The translations under genes and the position numbers were made by a program. From an uncultured Collinsella sp. (lineage in GTDB: Bacteria > Actinomycetota > Coriobacteriia > Coriobacteriales > Coriobacteriaceae), in the NCBI GenBank assembly GCA_900545555.1, contig UQZI01000001.1:13413-77412 (forward strand): DNA of 64,000 nt, given 5' to 3'. This document shows positions 1 to 12,969 of the stretch, piece after piece; the stretch's first letter is position 1, and each line of letters starts with the position of its first letter. Below the pieces are notes generated by a model, which saw only the letters and a list, made by a program, of their open reading frames with translations, did no database searches and was not told the DNA's origin.

Positions 1-1
1 C

Positions 2-457
2 GAGCTCGAGCTGCTGTCCAACGGGCAGATTCAGGCCGCGGCACTTGCGACCAACGCGCTGCTCAACGATAAGATTGACCGCGTGGTGTATAACGTTCAC
101 GCCTATATCGACGAGGATAGCAATATTCAGCACGATTCCTTCTTTGGCATGTTCCCCGCGCGGGGCCACCAGAGCGCCATCCTGACGTTCGTGTGGACCA
201 AGAGCTCATCCAACGCTACGAGTATCGACTGGAAGATGCGCATCGTGAGTATGGACGACACCATCGCCGAGCGCATTCAGAAGCAGGTGAACTCGGTGTC
301 GTCGTTGATTGAGGACCCGGTGGTGAGCCAGACCAAGATTGACGAGGAAAAGGCCGAACGTGACCTGGAGCATCGTCTGCATGGCCGCGAGATTTTCTGC
401 GGCGGCAAGCCCGACCGAACGCCGTCCGATCTGCTGGAACAGGACAAGAAAAAGTAA
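2..457 (+). CDS. Hypothetical protein, 5'-truncated by window edge
   Basis: The frame of ORF 83..457 is open back to position 2 (ELELLSNGQIQAAALATN...). Codon usage resembles neighbouring genes, and a hairpin follows the stop. No family recognised. Confidence 0.7.
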   Translation, partial: ELELLSNGQIQAAALATNALLNDKIDRVVYNVHAYIDEDSNIQHDSFFGMFPARGHQSAILTFVWTKSSSNATSIDWKMRIVSMDDTIAERIQKQVNSVSSLIEDPVVSQTKIDEEKAERDLEHRLHGREIFCGGKPDRTPSDLLEQDKKK

Positions 458-463
458 GACGCC

Positions 464-504
464 ATCATCCCGCGTGAGCCACAAGCCCACGCGGGATGAT
501 TTTT
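464..504 (+). terminator. Intrinsic terminator-like hairpin
   Basis: ATCATCCCGCGTG...CACGCGGGATGAT followed by TTTT, just after the stop at 457. Confidence 0.7.
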
Positions 505-528
505 CTGGGACGGGGATTAAAAAATCAT
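496..528 (+). repeat. GGGACRG-loop hairpin (REP-like)
   Basis: ATGATTTTT-CTGGGACGGGGATTA-AAAAATCAT; dyad centre at 512, directly after GGGAC. Confidence 0.6.
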
Positions 529-665
529 TATGCATAGAAAGTCATAATTATCATTTCGTAAACATTTCGATGAAATTAACGCCATGAGGCATGCTTGCGG
601 TTACAATACCGCGAGGCCTAACTGCACACCTTTAAGCCGGTCCTGTGAGACCGGGAAGGAGAACT

Positions 666-2105
666 ATGGCGAACAACCATATTGCGGGCGCTGCCGCCCG
701 CACCATCGCGCCCAGCGAGCTGTGCCAGCGTATGCTGGCCAAAACCAGCAAGGGCGCTTGCGGTTCCTGCACCCTGTATCTTGAGGATGGGACCATTTTT
801 TATGGACGCGCATGCGGCGCCGAGGGCACCGCGACCGGCGAAGTCTGCTTCAATACCTCGCTCGAGGGCTACTTTGAGGTTATGACCGACCCGAGTTATG
901 CCGGCCAAATCGTAACCATGACCTATCCGCAGATCGGCAACTACGGTATCGACGAGACCGACGTCCAGTCGGCCTTCCCCGGCGACGCCGTGCGCCCTGC
1001 GAGCGCTCCGGCTATGCGTGGCATGATCGTTCGCGACATGTGTGCCACGCCTTCTAACTGGCGCTCGGCCGTCAGCGTACCGGAGTACCTGCGCGCTCAC
1101 GGCATCGTCGCTATCGAGGGTGTCGACACCCGCGCTCTGGTGCGCCATCTGCGCGACAATGGTTCCAAGATGGGCATTATCTCGACCGAGATCTTCGACG
1201 TCGACGAGCTTGCCGAGCGCTTGTCCGCTGCGCCCACGCTGGTAGGCGAGAACCTGGTCAAGACCGTAAGTTGCCCCGCGCCTCACGAGTTTGTGGCCGC
1301 CGACCTGCCTGCCACGCATGACTTTGCGCTTGCGGCTGCCGCTCCTGCCCGTCACAAAGTGGTCGCCTACGACTGCGGTGTGAAGCGCGGTATTCTGGAG
1401 GGCCTGGTCCGTGCCGGCTGCGATCTCACCGTCGTGCCGTGGGATACGCCCGCGAGTGAGGTGCTCAACATGAATCCCGATGGCGTCTTTTTGTCCAACG
1501 GCCCCGGCGACCCCGATGCCGTGGTGGAGACCTATGAGCAGGTACAGCAGCTGATCGGCAAGGTGCCGGTCTTTGGCATTTGCCTCGGTCACCAGATGAT
1601 CAGCCTGGCCTGCGGCGCCCAAATGGAAAAGCTTAAATTCGGTCACCGTGGCGGTAACCAGCCGGTTATGAATCTGGTGAGCCGTCGCGTGGAGATCACC
1701 GCGCAAAACCACGGCTTTGGCCTGCTGTTCCCCAGTCTGGGCAAACTGATTCCGGAGCTTTCCGGCGGCGAAACCGAGCATGCGGCCGGCGGCGACCTGC
1801 GCGCCTGGGTGCGTCGCGGCATCGCGCCGGTCGTGATGAACGAGCGCTTTGGTCGCATTCGCCTGACACATGTGAACCTCAACGACGGCACCGCCGAGGG
1901 CATCCAGCTGCTCGACGCCCCGTGTTTCTCGGTCCAGTACCACCCCGAGGCTTCGCCTGGCCCCACCGATGCCCACTATCTCTTTACCGCCTTTACGCGA
2001 CTCATGGACGGCGAGGAGAACTACCTGGACATCGACACCGCGAAGGACCGCCTCGCCGGCTGGAATTTCGCCGAGTCCGAGAACGCTGCGACCGAGGAGA
2101 ACTAA
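666..2105 (+). CDS. carA: Carbamoyl-phosphate synthase small (glutaminase) subunit
   Basis: [26 protein letters not shown], catalytic GICLGHQ and [12 protein letters not shown] motifs. GGAAGGAG RBS precedes ATG 666. Confidence 0.97.
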   Translation: MANNHIAGAAARTIAPSELCQRMLAKTSKGACGSCTLYLEDGTIFYGRACGAEGTATGEVCFNTSLEGYFEVMTDPSYAGQIVTMTYPQIGNYGIDETDVQSAFPGDAVRPASAPAMRGMIVRDMCATPSNWRSAVSVPEYLRAHGIVAIEGVDTRALVRHLRDNGSKMGIISTEIFDVDELAERLSAAPTLVGENLVKTVSCPAPHEFVAADLPATHDFALAAAAPARHKVVAYDCGVKRGILEGLVRAGCDLTVVPWDTPASEVLNMNPDGVFLSNGPGDPDAVVETYEQVQQLIGKVPVFGICLGHQMISLACGAQMEKLKFGHRGGNQPVMNLVSRRVEITAQNHGFGLLFPSLGKLIPELSGGETEHAAGGDLRAWVRRGIAPVVMNERFGRIRLTHVNLNDGTAEGIQLLDAPCFSVQYHPEASPGPTDAHYLFTAFTRLMDGEENYLDIDTAKDRLAGWNFAESENAATEEN

Positions 2106-2106
2106 C

Positions 2107-5421
<3,315 letters not shown>

Positions 5422-5433
5422 ATTGAGCTGTCC

Positions 5434-5518
5434 GGCCGGGGCGGGAGGCGGACACTTTCTCTCGGAAACTGGGCTTCGCGAAGTTTTCCGAGAGAAAGGA
5501 CCGACTCCCGCCCCGGCC
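5434..5518. repeat. Long palindromic element with central GCGAAGC mini-hairpin (copy 1)
   Basis: Outer arms GGCCGGGGCGGGAG/CTCCCGCCCCGGCC and inner arms CTTTCTCTCGGAAA/TTTCCGAGAGAAAG. An inverted copy of the core lies at 5969-6012. Confidence 0.8.
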
Positions 5519-5618
5519 TGCGGTGACTCGGTAGCACCGTGTGCTGCTGAAGGGGCTTTGCGCGATGACTAGGGCTGAATAAAAAAGAGTGTGTGGGCAG
5601 AGCCCGCGTTTTGTATGG

Positions 5619-5656
5619 GGTCCTTCGGTGAATTGCATTCACCGAAGGACCTTTTT
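5619..5656 (+). terminator. Intrinsic terminator downstream of carAB
   Basis: GGTCCTTCGGTGAAT-tgc-ATTCACCGAAGGACC followed by TTTTT. Confidence 0.8.
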
Positions 5657-5677
5657 GCCGTTGGTCGAGAGCGCTGC

Positions 5678-5881
5678 TGGACAGTTAGTTCAGATTTGTA
5701 TTTTTGGGAGGGTGGATAAAGGCCGATTTGAGCTCAAATGAGCTGTTCTTGGCGGTCTGAGGCGACAAGGATGCGCAGTCAGGAATGAGAAAATGGCGTT
5801 ATTGGGTCTAAAACGGCTTCAAAACGATACGTTTGCACGTAAGGACCCGGCCAAAAAATACAAATCTGAACTAACTGTCCA
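5678..5881. repeat. 204-bp MITE-like element with 28-bp perfect terminal inverted repeats
   Basis: TGGACAGTTAGTTCAGATTTGTATTTTT at 5678-5705 and its reverse complement at 5854-5881. The interior is non-coding and lower in GC. Confidence 0.75.
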
Positions 5882-5968
5882 CCACCCTCCGTCAACCTCT
5901 CATTCCAAACCAAATCAGCCAACGTACGTCATAGCAATCTCCGGTAGGTCGCAGGGCGGCGGTCGAGC

Positions 5969-6012
5969 TTTTCTCTCGGGAAACTTCGCGAAGCCCAGTT
6001 CCCGAGGGAAAG
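5969..6012. repeat. Inverted second copy of the 5434-5518 palindrome core
   Basis: TTTTCTCTCGGGAAACTTCGCGAAGCCCAGTTCCCGAGGGAAAG matches the reverse complement of about 5455-5498. Confidence 0.75.
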
Positions 6013-6338
6013 GTATGGTCTGTGTAATACCAGATAAACAGTACATTTTTGCTAGATTGGTATTTGACTGAAGAACCAATTGGTATGGCTTATTAAGCCC
6101 ACCTTGCCGTTGACGCTTATTTTGCTGCCGCTGGGAGAATTCCGAACTTGGGTGCGCAAGTGCTCCCATATGTTGATATGACCTAGTAGGTGGCTATCTG
6201 GTTACTACCAGTTGGCCCCTTGGTAACGGGTGGCCCCCATTGTGCGGAATGTACCGAACATCTCCGTTTGATACGTTTTCCCATGCTGCCGGGGGGGGCG
6301 TCCTCGGCACCTCAGCATGTCGGAAGAAAGGAGACCAG

Positions 6339-9300
6339 ATGCGCAGGAATTCCATTTTTACGAAACGGTGGGTGAAGGGAAGCGCGGTCCTCGTTGCCAC
6401 TGCAGCGACGCTCGTGTTTGCCAATCCCCAGCAGGCGATTGCCACGCCACTCAAGGGCGTCGACTCGGCGACCGTGTCCCAGTCTGCCTCGAATGTCGTC
6501 GACATCGATTTCGCTGACGGCATCAAGGGCCGTATTACGTTCCTCGAGGACGGTATTTTCCGTTATAACGTCGACCCCAAGGGTGAGTTTTCCGAGTACG
6601 CCACGCCGCGCAGTAAGTCCCACACGGCTAAGATCCAGGCTCAGCCCGATACCTCGGACACCTACAGCAAGCCGAGTGCGACGGTTGCCGACAAGGGCGA
6701 CACTATCGAGATCACCGGCGGAAAGGCGACCGTGATCCTGGACAAGGCGACTGGCAAGATGAGTATCAAGTCAGGCGACCGTGTCGTGGTTTCCGAGTCC
6801 GCGTCCCTCGACCTTGATAAGAAGGGTACCGTCCAGACGCTCGCCAAGGAGAAGTCCGAGAACTTCTTTGGCGGCGGCACCCAGAACGGACGCTTCCTGC
6901 ACACCAACCAGACCATCGCCATCTCCAACACGAACAACTGGACCGATGGCGGCGTTGCCTCGCCCAACCCGTTTTATTGGACGAGTGACGGCTACGGCGT
7001 GCTCCGAAACACGTTTGCAGAGGGTTCCTACGACTTCGGTTCCACGGACTCATCGACGGTCACGACTTTGCACAGCGAGAATGAGTTTGATGCCTACTAC
7101 TTCGTGGCGACCAACGAGGGAGCTTCGAACGTGGCAACTGAGATGCTGCAGGACTACTACAAGGTGACCGGTAACCCGGTACTGCTGCCCGAGTACGGGT
7201 TCTACCTTGGTCATCTTAATGCCTATAACCGTGATGGCTGGTCAACGACCTCGGGTCAAAAGAAGTGGGAGACCAAGGGCAGCAAGTCCTCGAGCGAGAA
7301 GGGCGACGTTAAGTACGAGTCTGGCATGTCGACGGGCTACAAGCTCGACGGCACACTTGCGGCCGAGACGCTCAACGGTGAGGGCCCTACGGTTGATACC
7401 GAGAACATGAAAGCGACCGATTTCGACCGCCAGTTCTCTGCTCGGCAGGTTATCGATGACTACGAGGACAGCGACATGCCGCTCGGCTGGTTCCTGCCGA
7501 ACGACGGCTACGGCGCCGGCTATGGCCAGAACGGTTACTACAAGACCGGCGGCGTCAACTCCGACGGAGCGAGCTCGGCCGACCGTCTTAACGCTGTGCG
7601 TGCCAACGTCGACAACCTTAAGAAGTTCACCGAGTATGCCAACTCAAAGGGTGTGAGCACGGGCTTGTGGACCCAGTCCAACCTTGAGCCCGACAGCAAC
7701 TCCGAGACCCCGTGGCATCTGCTTCGCGACTTCGACGCCGAGGTCAAGACGGGAGGCATCACTACCCTTAAGACCGACGTTGCCTGGGTTGGATCTGGCT
7801 ACTCCTTTGGTCTTAATGGCATCAAGACAGCTTATGACACGGTGACGACCGGCGCTAACAAGCGCCCCAACATCATCACGCTCGATGGTTGGGCCGGCAC
7901 GCAGCGCTTTGGTGGCATTTGGACCGGCGACCAGTATGGCGGTAACTGGGAGTACATTCGCTTCCATATCCCCACGTATATCGGTCAGAGTCTTTCGGGC
8001 AACCCCAACATCGGCTCCGACATGGATGGCATTTTTGGCGGCGACCCCATCATCTCTGCGCGTGACTACCAGTGGAAGACGTTCACGCCCTCTATGCTCG
8101 ACATGGACGGTTGGGGCACCTACCGTAAATCGCCCATGACGCACGGCGATCCCTACACAGGCATCTCGCGCTTCTACCTCAAGCTCAAGGCGCAGCTCAT
8201 GCCCTATATCTACACGAGCGCGGCCTCGGCGGCCAACATCGACACGGGTAACGGCGATGCCGGCCTGCCCATGATCCGCGCCATGCTGCTTTCCGATAAC
8301 TCCGAGTACGCCGCAAGCACCTCGACGCAGTACCAGTATATGTTCGGTGAGAACTTCCTAGTGGCACCGGTGTATCAGGATACCCAGGCAGACGAGAACG
8401 GCAACGACATTCGCAATGGGATTTACCTCCCCAACTACGGCACCGACGAGAATCCCACCATCTGGATCGATTACTTCTCGGGTAAGCAGTATCGCGGCGG
8501 CCAGGTTCTCAACAACTACGAGGCTCCGCTTTGGAAGCTGCCGCTGTTTGTGAAGGCCAACGCTATCGTGCCGATGTACGCCGAGAACAACAACCCCGAG
8601 GCCGTGAGCGACACCAACACCAAGGGTACCGACCGCAGCCAGCGTATCGTCGAGTTCTTCGCCACCGAGGGCGACGGCACCTTTACGCAGTACGAGGACG
8701 ACGGCTCCTCCATCGAGAACAACACGACTGAGGACGATTCCTACGGTACGATCGACAATATCTCCTACGGTGAGCATGTGAGCACCGTCTACAGATCCAA
8801 GGCCGCAGGCGGCACCGCGACCTTTACCGCCGAAGCCTCGCAGGGTGGCTACAACGGCTACGACTCCAATCGCACCACGACCTTCGTGGCCAACGTGTCC
8901 GCCAAGCCCATGAGCGTCGTCGCCAAGAACGGCGGATCCGCGCTCAACGTGGTTGAGGTCGACTCGCAGGAGACCTTTGACACCGCGACCCCCGAGGCCG
9001 GCCAGGCGGTCTACTTCTACAGCGAGACCCCTAACCTCAACCACTACGGCAGCGATGTGGACGGCACCGAGGCCGAGCGGGGCGAGAGCTTTAACAACAC
9101 CAAGATCACCACGAACCCCAAGGTCTACGTCAAGTTCGCGAAGACCGATGTTGCTGCGGCGGCGCAGACGCTCGAGCTGGGCGGTTTCGTGAACGCCGAC
9201 GCCACGCTCACAGCCGATCGCCTCAACGAGAGCCTCTCCGCACCCACGAACCTTGCTGCCCCCGAGGACGTCACGACCCCAACGAGCATCAAGCTCACCT

Positions 9301-12300
9301 GGGGAAAGGTCGATGGTGCTACCTCCTACGACCTTAAGGTCGACGGCACCGTGTTCGCCGTGGGTGATGCGGCCGAGTTCACGCACACCGACCTCGCCTA
9401 CAATAGCAAGCACACCTACCAGATTCGTTCGCGCAACGCCGAGGGCTACTCCGCCTGGAGCGATGTGCTCGAGGCGAACTCCGCACTCGATCCGTGGCGG
9501 AACGTCCCCGACGCCGAGCAAATCACCTGGGAGGGCTCACTTTACGGCAGCCATAAGGCCGAGCTTGCCTTCGACCATGAGTTCCAGTCGGGCGACGGCG
9601 GTTTCCACTCCGGTGGCAACGATCTAGGCAAGGCGCTTACCGTTGACTATGGACGCGCTTACAAGCTCGATAAGCTCGAGTACTATCCGCGCGATGACGC
9701 CGGCAACGGCACTGTGACCAAGATGCGTGTTGAGACGAGTCTCGATGGCGTCCACTGGACGAGCCAGGAGGTCGATTGGGCACGTTCCGCTGATTGTAAG
9801 ACGGTAGCGTTTGACGGCACCGTGGCCGCCCGTTACGTGCGCATGACACCGCTCGCCTCGGTCGGCAATTTCTTCTCCGCGTCCGAGATTGCCATCTACA
9901 AGACCGACGGCACGGATGGCTTCGCCGTGGGCTCCAACCTCAACAAGGCCACGATCTCCGACGGAGACTACTCCAACATGAAGAACTATCTGGGCCTCGA
10001 GAACCGCGAGCCCGATACCCCGACGTTCGGTTCGCAGATCCGCGACCACTTCGCCGACCTCAACGATAACGGCGTTTACGACGTCTACGATTACTCGTTC
10101 ACCATGGCGGGTCTTGACGGCGGCACTAAACAAAAGGGCAAGGTCGCAGGTTCGCTCGCGGTGATTCCGAGCAAGACCGAGGTCGAGGCCGGTGATGAGA
10201 TCACCGTTGATGTCTATGCGGCCGACGCCAAGAACGTCAACGCCCTGGGCGCTCTCGTCAACTTCAAGAGCGACCAGTTCGAGTTTGTGTCCGAGAGCAT
10301 CGCGCAGGACGGCTCGACTGCCGGCATGGAGAACCTGTCTCGCGAGAAGGTCCAGTTCGCGGACAGAACGCAGACTATCAATCTCGCCTTTGCCAACCGC
10401 GGCGATGGCAAGCTCTACAACGGTACCGGCGCGGTGGCGAGTTTCAAGCTCAAGGCCAAGACCGCCGGCAAGGTCGAACTGCCCTCGACATCTTGGCTCA
10501 TCGGTCCGGCATGCGACGCACTTGAGTTTGCGAGCGACGGCACGGTGACGATGCCGGATGTTCCTCAGCCAACGGTCGCCGAGTACGGTCAGGACGCCTT
10601 CAACATCACGATGACCAACGATGAGCTCACGACCGACGACGGGACCAACGTCGAGAAACTTATCCAGCAGAAGAGCTATAACGCGCTGTTCGATAATAAC
10701 GAGGGCGACAACGGCTTTGAGTTCCTATGGAACTGGAGCGGCAACTGGGACAGCGAGGGTAAGCTTCCGAGTTACGTGAAGCTTCCCACCACGATGACAT
10801 TCGCATTTAAGACGCCGTCGAAACTCGATAGTGTCGAGGTCGTTAACCGCAACGGCGGCAACGGAACCGTACAGAAGATCAAGGCCGTCGTGACGTTCGA
10901 GGATGGCTCGACCCAAGAGTTCGCGGGCGGGGAGTACGATTCCTTCCGGGCTCGCTACGCCTTTGGCCTCTCTGCCGAGAACAAGGGCAAGAAGGCGACC
11001 AAGGTCGAGGTCACGCCGCTTGAGGCATCGGGTGACCAGATGCTCACACTGCGTGAGGTCAACTTCAACTACACGCAGGGTGTCGAGGCCATCGAGGGTG
11101 TCGAGCTAGGCAAGAACCAGACCGAGTTCTTTGAAGGCGACGTTACGCTCGTCGACGCCAAGGCCACGCCTGAGAGCGCCGGCTACCCCTATGTGACGGT
11201 CGAGAGCTCCGACCCCTCTGTGGTAAGCGTCTCCGCTGTTCAGGCTGGCGATAGCGTGAGCTACTACCTGCGTGCCAACAAGGCCGGCAAGGCAAAGATC
11301 ACGGTGGCGTCGGTACTCGACCCCTCCAAGACCGCATCCTATGAGGTCGAGGTCAAGGCTGGTGTCGATACCTCTGCGCTCGTGGCAGCGCTTTCCAAGG
11401 CCGCGGGCTACAGCGAGTCCGTCTACACTAAGGATTCCTATGCAGCTCTCACCGCTGCGGTCGAGGCGGCTCAGAAGCTCCTCGACGGCGGCCAAGGCAG
11501 CTATAGCAAGAAGGATGTCGCGGACGCCACAGCCAAGATCGAGAAGGCAATCGACGGCCTCAAGATGCGTCCTGTCGATGAGAAGATTCTTATCAACACG
11601 CCCGAGAACCGCAAGAACGTCAAGGTGGCCGGCTTCTCGAGTGAGGCCGACTACGAGGGCAGCAACGCCGTCAACGCTCTCGACGGCGACGAGCGGACGC
11701 TTTGGCACAGCGACTGGGCCCATGGGACCGGTATGCCCCAGTATCTGAGTGTCGACCTGGGCCGCGACTACGATCTCACCGACGTTACATTCCTGCCGCG
11801 CCAGGACGGCGGCACTAACGGCGATATCTTCGAGGCCGAGATACTGGTCTCCGACACTGCCGACGGTTATGAGATGGGCACCGCCGTGTCGATGGGTACG
11901 TTTGCCTTCGACAACGACGGCCACGTACTCACCGACCGTGGCGACTGGAAACAGATGAGCTTTGGCGCCGCGCGCGGTCGCTACGTGACCGTCAAGGTGA
12001 TTCACGCCGGCGGTGGCGACGTCGATGCCTACTGCAGCGTGGCGGAGCTCAAGTTCTACGGTACGGCCGTTCCCGATCCGGTGTCGAAAGATGATCTCGC
12101 TACCGCGATCGAAAAGATTGATGCCGAGGTTGCTGCCGGCGACCTCAAGGCCGGTGACTACACCGAGGCCTCCTGGACGGCGCTCGAGAACGCCCTGGCG
12201 AGCGCTCGCGCCATCTTGAGCGACGAGAATGCCACGCAGGTCGAGGTCGACCAGGCGCTCAGGGCGCTCGAGAGCGCCCGCGGCGCGCTCGAGAAGACCC

Positions 12301-12752
12301 CGGTGGCCCCGGTCGAGAATCCGACTAAGAAGCAGCTCAAGGCCCTGGTCAAGCAGGCGAAGGAGACTGACACCAGGGGCAAGACGGCCGAGTCTGTCAA
12401 GGCCCTGACGGATGCCATTACCTACGCCGAGGACGTATTGGGTGATGAGAATGCTTCCGACACCCAGTTCCAGGCGGCCTATGACCAGCTCAAGCTGGCT
12501 ATTGAGAGCCTCAAGGATGCCGATTCCGGCAATCAGGGCGGCTCGGGCAACCAGGGTTCCGGCAATGGCTCGAACGGCGGCAACCAGGCGGGCAAGCCCG
12601 CAGGCGACAAGGCCCAGGGCAGCAAGAAGAACGGTTCGGCGATTCCCAATACCGGAGACCAGACGGCGGCGACCGTCGCGACCGTCGGTGGTCTTGGCGC
12701 CATCATCGCCGCGATCGGCGCTTTCTTCCATCGTCGCAGCAAGGCTAAGTAG
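6339..12752 (+). CDS. Cell-wall-anchored multimodular GH31 glycosidase (Nag31-like alpha-N-acetylgalactosaminidase) with FN3, two F5/8 (CBM32-like), dockerin/cohesin-like, Ig-like and FIVAR-like modules
   Basis: N-terminal signal peptide. GWFLPNDGYG, KTDVAWVG (nucleophile region) and WTGDQ (acid/base region) motifs. FN3 segment (PTSIKLTW...YQIRSRN). F5/8-like YYPR...GNG and FLPRQDG...NG. IPNTG, a hydrophobic helix and a RRSKAK tail at the C-terminus. AAGGAG RBS precedes ATG 6339. Confidence 0.88.
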   Translation: MRRNSIFTKRWVKGSAVLVATAATLVFANPQQAIATPLKGVDSATVSQSASNVVDIDFADGIKGRITFLEDGIFRYNVDPKGEFSEYATPRSKSHTAKIQAQPDTSDTYSKPSATVADKGDTIEITGGKATVILDKATGKMSIKSGDRVVVSESASLDLDKKGTVQTLAKEKSENFFGGGTQNGRFLHTNQTIAISNTNNWTDGGVASPNPFYWTSDGYGVLRNTFAEGSYDFGSTDSSTVTTLHSENEFDAYYFVATNEGASNVATEMLQDYYKVTGNPVLLPEYGFYLGHLNAYNRDGWSTTSGQKKWETKGSKSSSEKGDVKYESGMSTGYKLDGTLAAETLNGEGPTVDTENMKATDFDRQFSARQVIDDYEDSDMPLGWFLPNDGYGAGYGQNGYYKTGGVNSDGASSADRLNAVRANVDNLKKFTEYANSKGVSTGLWTQSNLEPDSNSETPWHLLRDFDAEVKTGGITTLKTDVAWVGSGYSFGLNGIKTAYDTVTTGANKRPNIITLDGWAGTQRFGGIWTGDQYGGNWEYIRFHIPTYIGQSLSGNPNIGSDMDGIFGGDPIISARDYQWKTFTPSMLDMDGWGTYRKSPMTHGDPYTGISRFYLKLKAQLMPYIYTSAASAANIDTGNGDAGLPMIRAMLLSDNSEYAASTSTQYQYMFGENFLVAPVYQDTQADENGNDIRNGIYLPNYGTDENPTIWIDYFSGKQYRGGQVLNNYEAPLWKLPLFVKANAIVPMYAENNNPEAVSDTNTKGTDRSQRIVEFFATEGDGTFTQYEDDGSSIENNTTEDDSYGTIDNISYGEHVSTVYRSKAAGGTATFTAEASQGGYNGYDSNRTTTFVANVSAKPMSVVAKNGGSALNVVEVDSQETFDTATPEAGQAVYFYSETPNLNHYGSDVDGTEAERGESFNNTKITTNPKVYVKFAKTDVAAAAQTLELGGFVNADATLTADRLNESLSAPTNLAAPEDVTTPTSIKLTWGKVDGATSYDLKVDGTVFAVGDAAEFTHTDLAYNSKHTYQIRSRNAEGYSAWSDVLEANSALDPWRNVPDAEQITWEGSLYGSHKAELAFDHEFQSGDGGFHSGGNDLGKALTVDYGRAYKLDKLEYYPRDDAGNGTVTKMRVETSLDGVHWTSQEVDWARSADCKTVAFDGTVAARYVRMTPLASVGNFFSASEIAIYKTDGTDGFAVGSNLNKATISDGDYSNMKNYLGLENREPDTPTFGSQIRDHFADLNDNGVYDVYDYSFTMAGLDGGTKQKGKVAGSLAVIPSKTEVEAGDEITVDVYAADAKNVNALGALVNFKSDQFEFVSESIAQDGSTAGMENLSREKVQFADRTQTINLAFANRGDGKLYNGTGAVASFKLKAKTAGKVELPSTSWLIGPACDALEFASDGTVTMPDVPQPTVAEYGQDAFNITMTNDELTTDDGTNVEKLIQQKSYNALFDNNEGDNGFEFLWNWSGNWDSEGKLPSYVKLPTTMTFAFKTPSKLDSVEVVNRNGGNGTVQKIKAVVTFEDGSTQEFAGGEYDSFRARYAFGLSAENKGKKATKVEVTPLEASGDQMLTLREVNFNYTQGVEAIEGVELGKNQTEFFEGDVTLVDAKATPESAGYPYVTVESSDPSVVSVSAVQAGDSVSYYLRANKAGKAKITVASVLDPSKTASYEVEVKAGVDTSALVAALSKAAGYSESVYTKDSYAALTAAVEAAQKLLDGGQGSYSKKDVADATAKIEKAIDGLKMRPVDEKILINTPENRKNVKVAGFSSEADYEGSNAVNALDGDERTLWHSDWAHGTGMPQYLSVDLGRDYDLTDVTFLPRQDGGTNGDIFEAEILVSDTADGYEMGTAVSMGTFAFDNDGHVLTDRGDWKQMSFGAARGRYVTVKVIHAGGGDVDAYCSVAELKFYGTAVPDPVSKDDLATAIEKIDAEVAAGDLKAGDYTEASWTALENALASARAILSDENATQVEVDQALRALESARGALEKTPVAPVENPTKKQLKALVKQAKETDTRGKTAESVKALTDAITYAEDVLGDENASDTQFQAAYDQLKLAIESLKDADSGNQGGSGNQGSGNGSNGGNQAGKPAGDKAQGSKKNGSAIPNTGDQTAATVATVGGLGAIIAAIGAFFHRRSKAK

Positions 12753-12772
12753 CCCCAGCAACAGCTAAGCAA

Positions 12773-12814
12773 GCGTGCCCGCCGTCCCGCCCAAGGACGG
12801 TGGGCACGCTTTTT
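12773..12814 (+). terminator. Intrinsic terminator after GH31 gene
   Basis: GCGTGCCCGCCGTCC...GGACGGTGGGCACGC followed by TTTTT. Confidence 0.8.
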
Positions 12815-12969
12815 GAATGTAGGCAGAAAGCTCCGACCCTTCGGCCTTAATCTCGCAAAGCGTTCCGTCTCCCGCCGAACACATCAGCATCGGCGGCTAT
12901 ACTTGAATTATTTGCAGTTAAGGGTCGCGGATTGGCCGCGTCACCGCTCTCAACAGGAGGTCTTTGTTT

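Noticed and set aside
5793..6169. Small ORFs within repeat-rich intergenic regions (5793-6071, 5915-6169; also 37557-38087, 59844-60110)
   Set aside because: They overlap palindromic elements and have atypical codon usage. The similar peptides at different loci simply reflect the DNA repeats.
6291..6298. G8 tract upstream of GH31 as a phase-variation switch
   Set aside because: Short for a GC-rich genome, outside the likely CDS and part of a small hairpin. No evidence of length variation.
6240..6338. Upstream extensions in the ORF track (GH31 from 6240; similarly carB 1969, glmU 34312, coaX 43698, kinase 62205)
   Set aside because: Downstream ATGs have good RBSs and match family N-termini. 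The coaX extension would even run across the tRNA.
12815..12969. Purine or ZTP riboswitch upstream of purE (also checked upstream of purF and purM)
   Set aside because: I could not find the conserved aptamer motifs by eye. An Rfam scan would be needed to exclude it fully.
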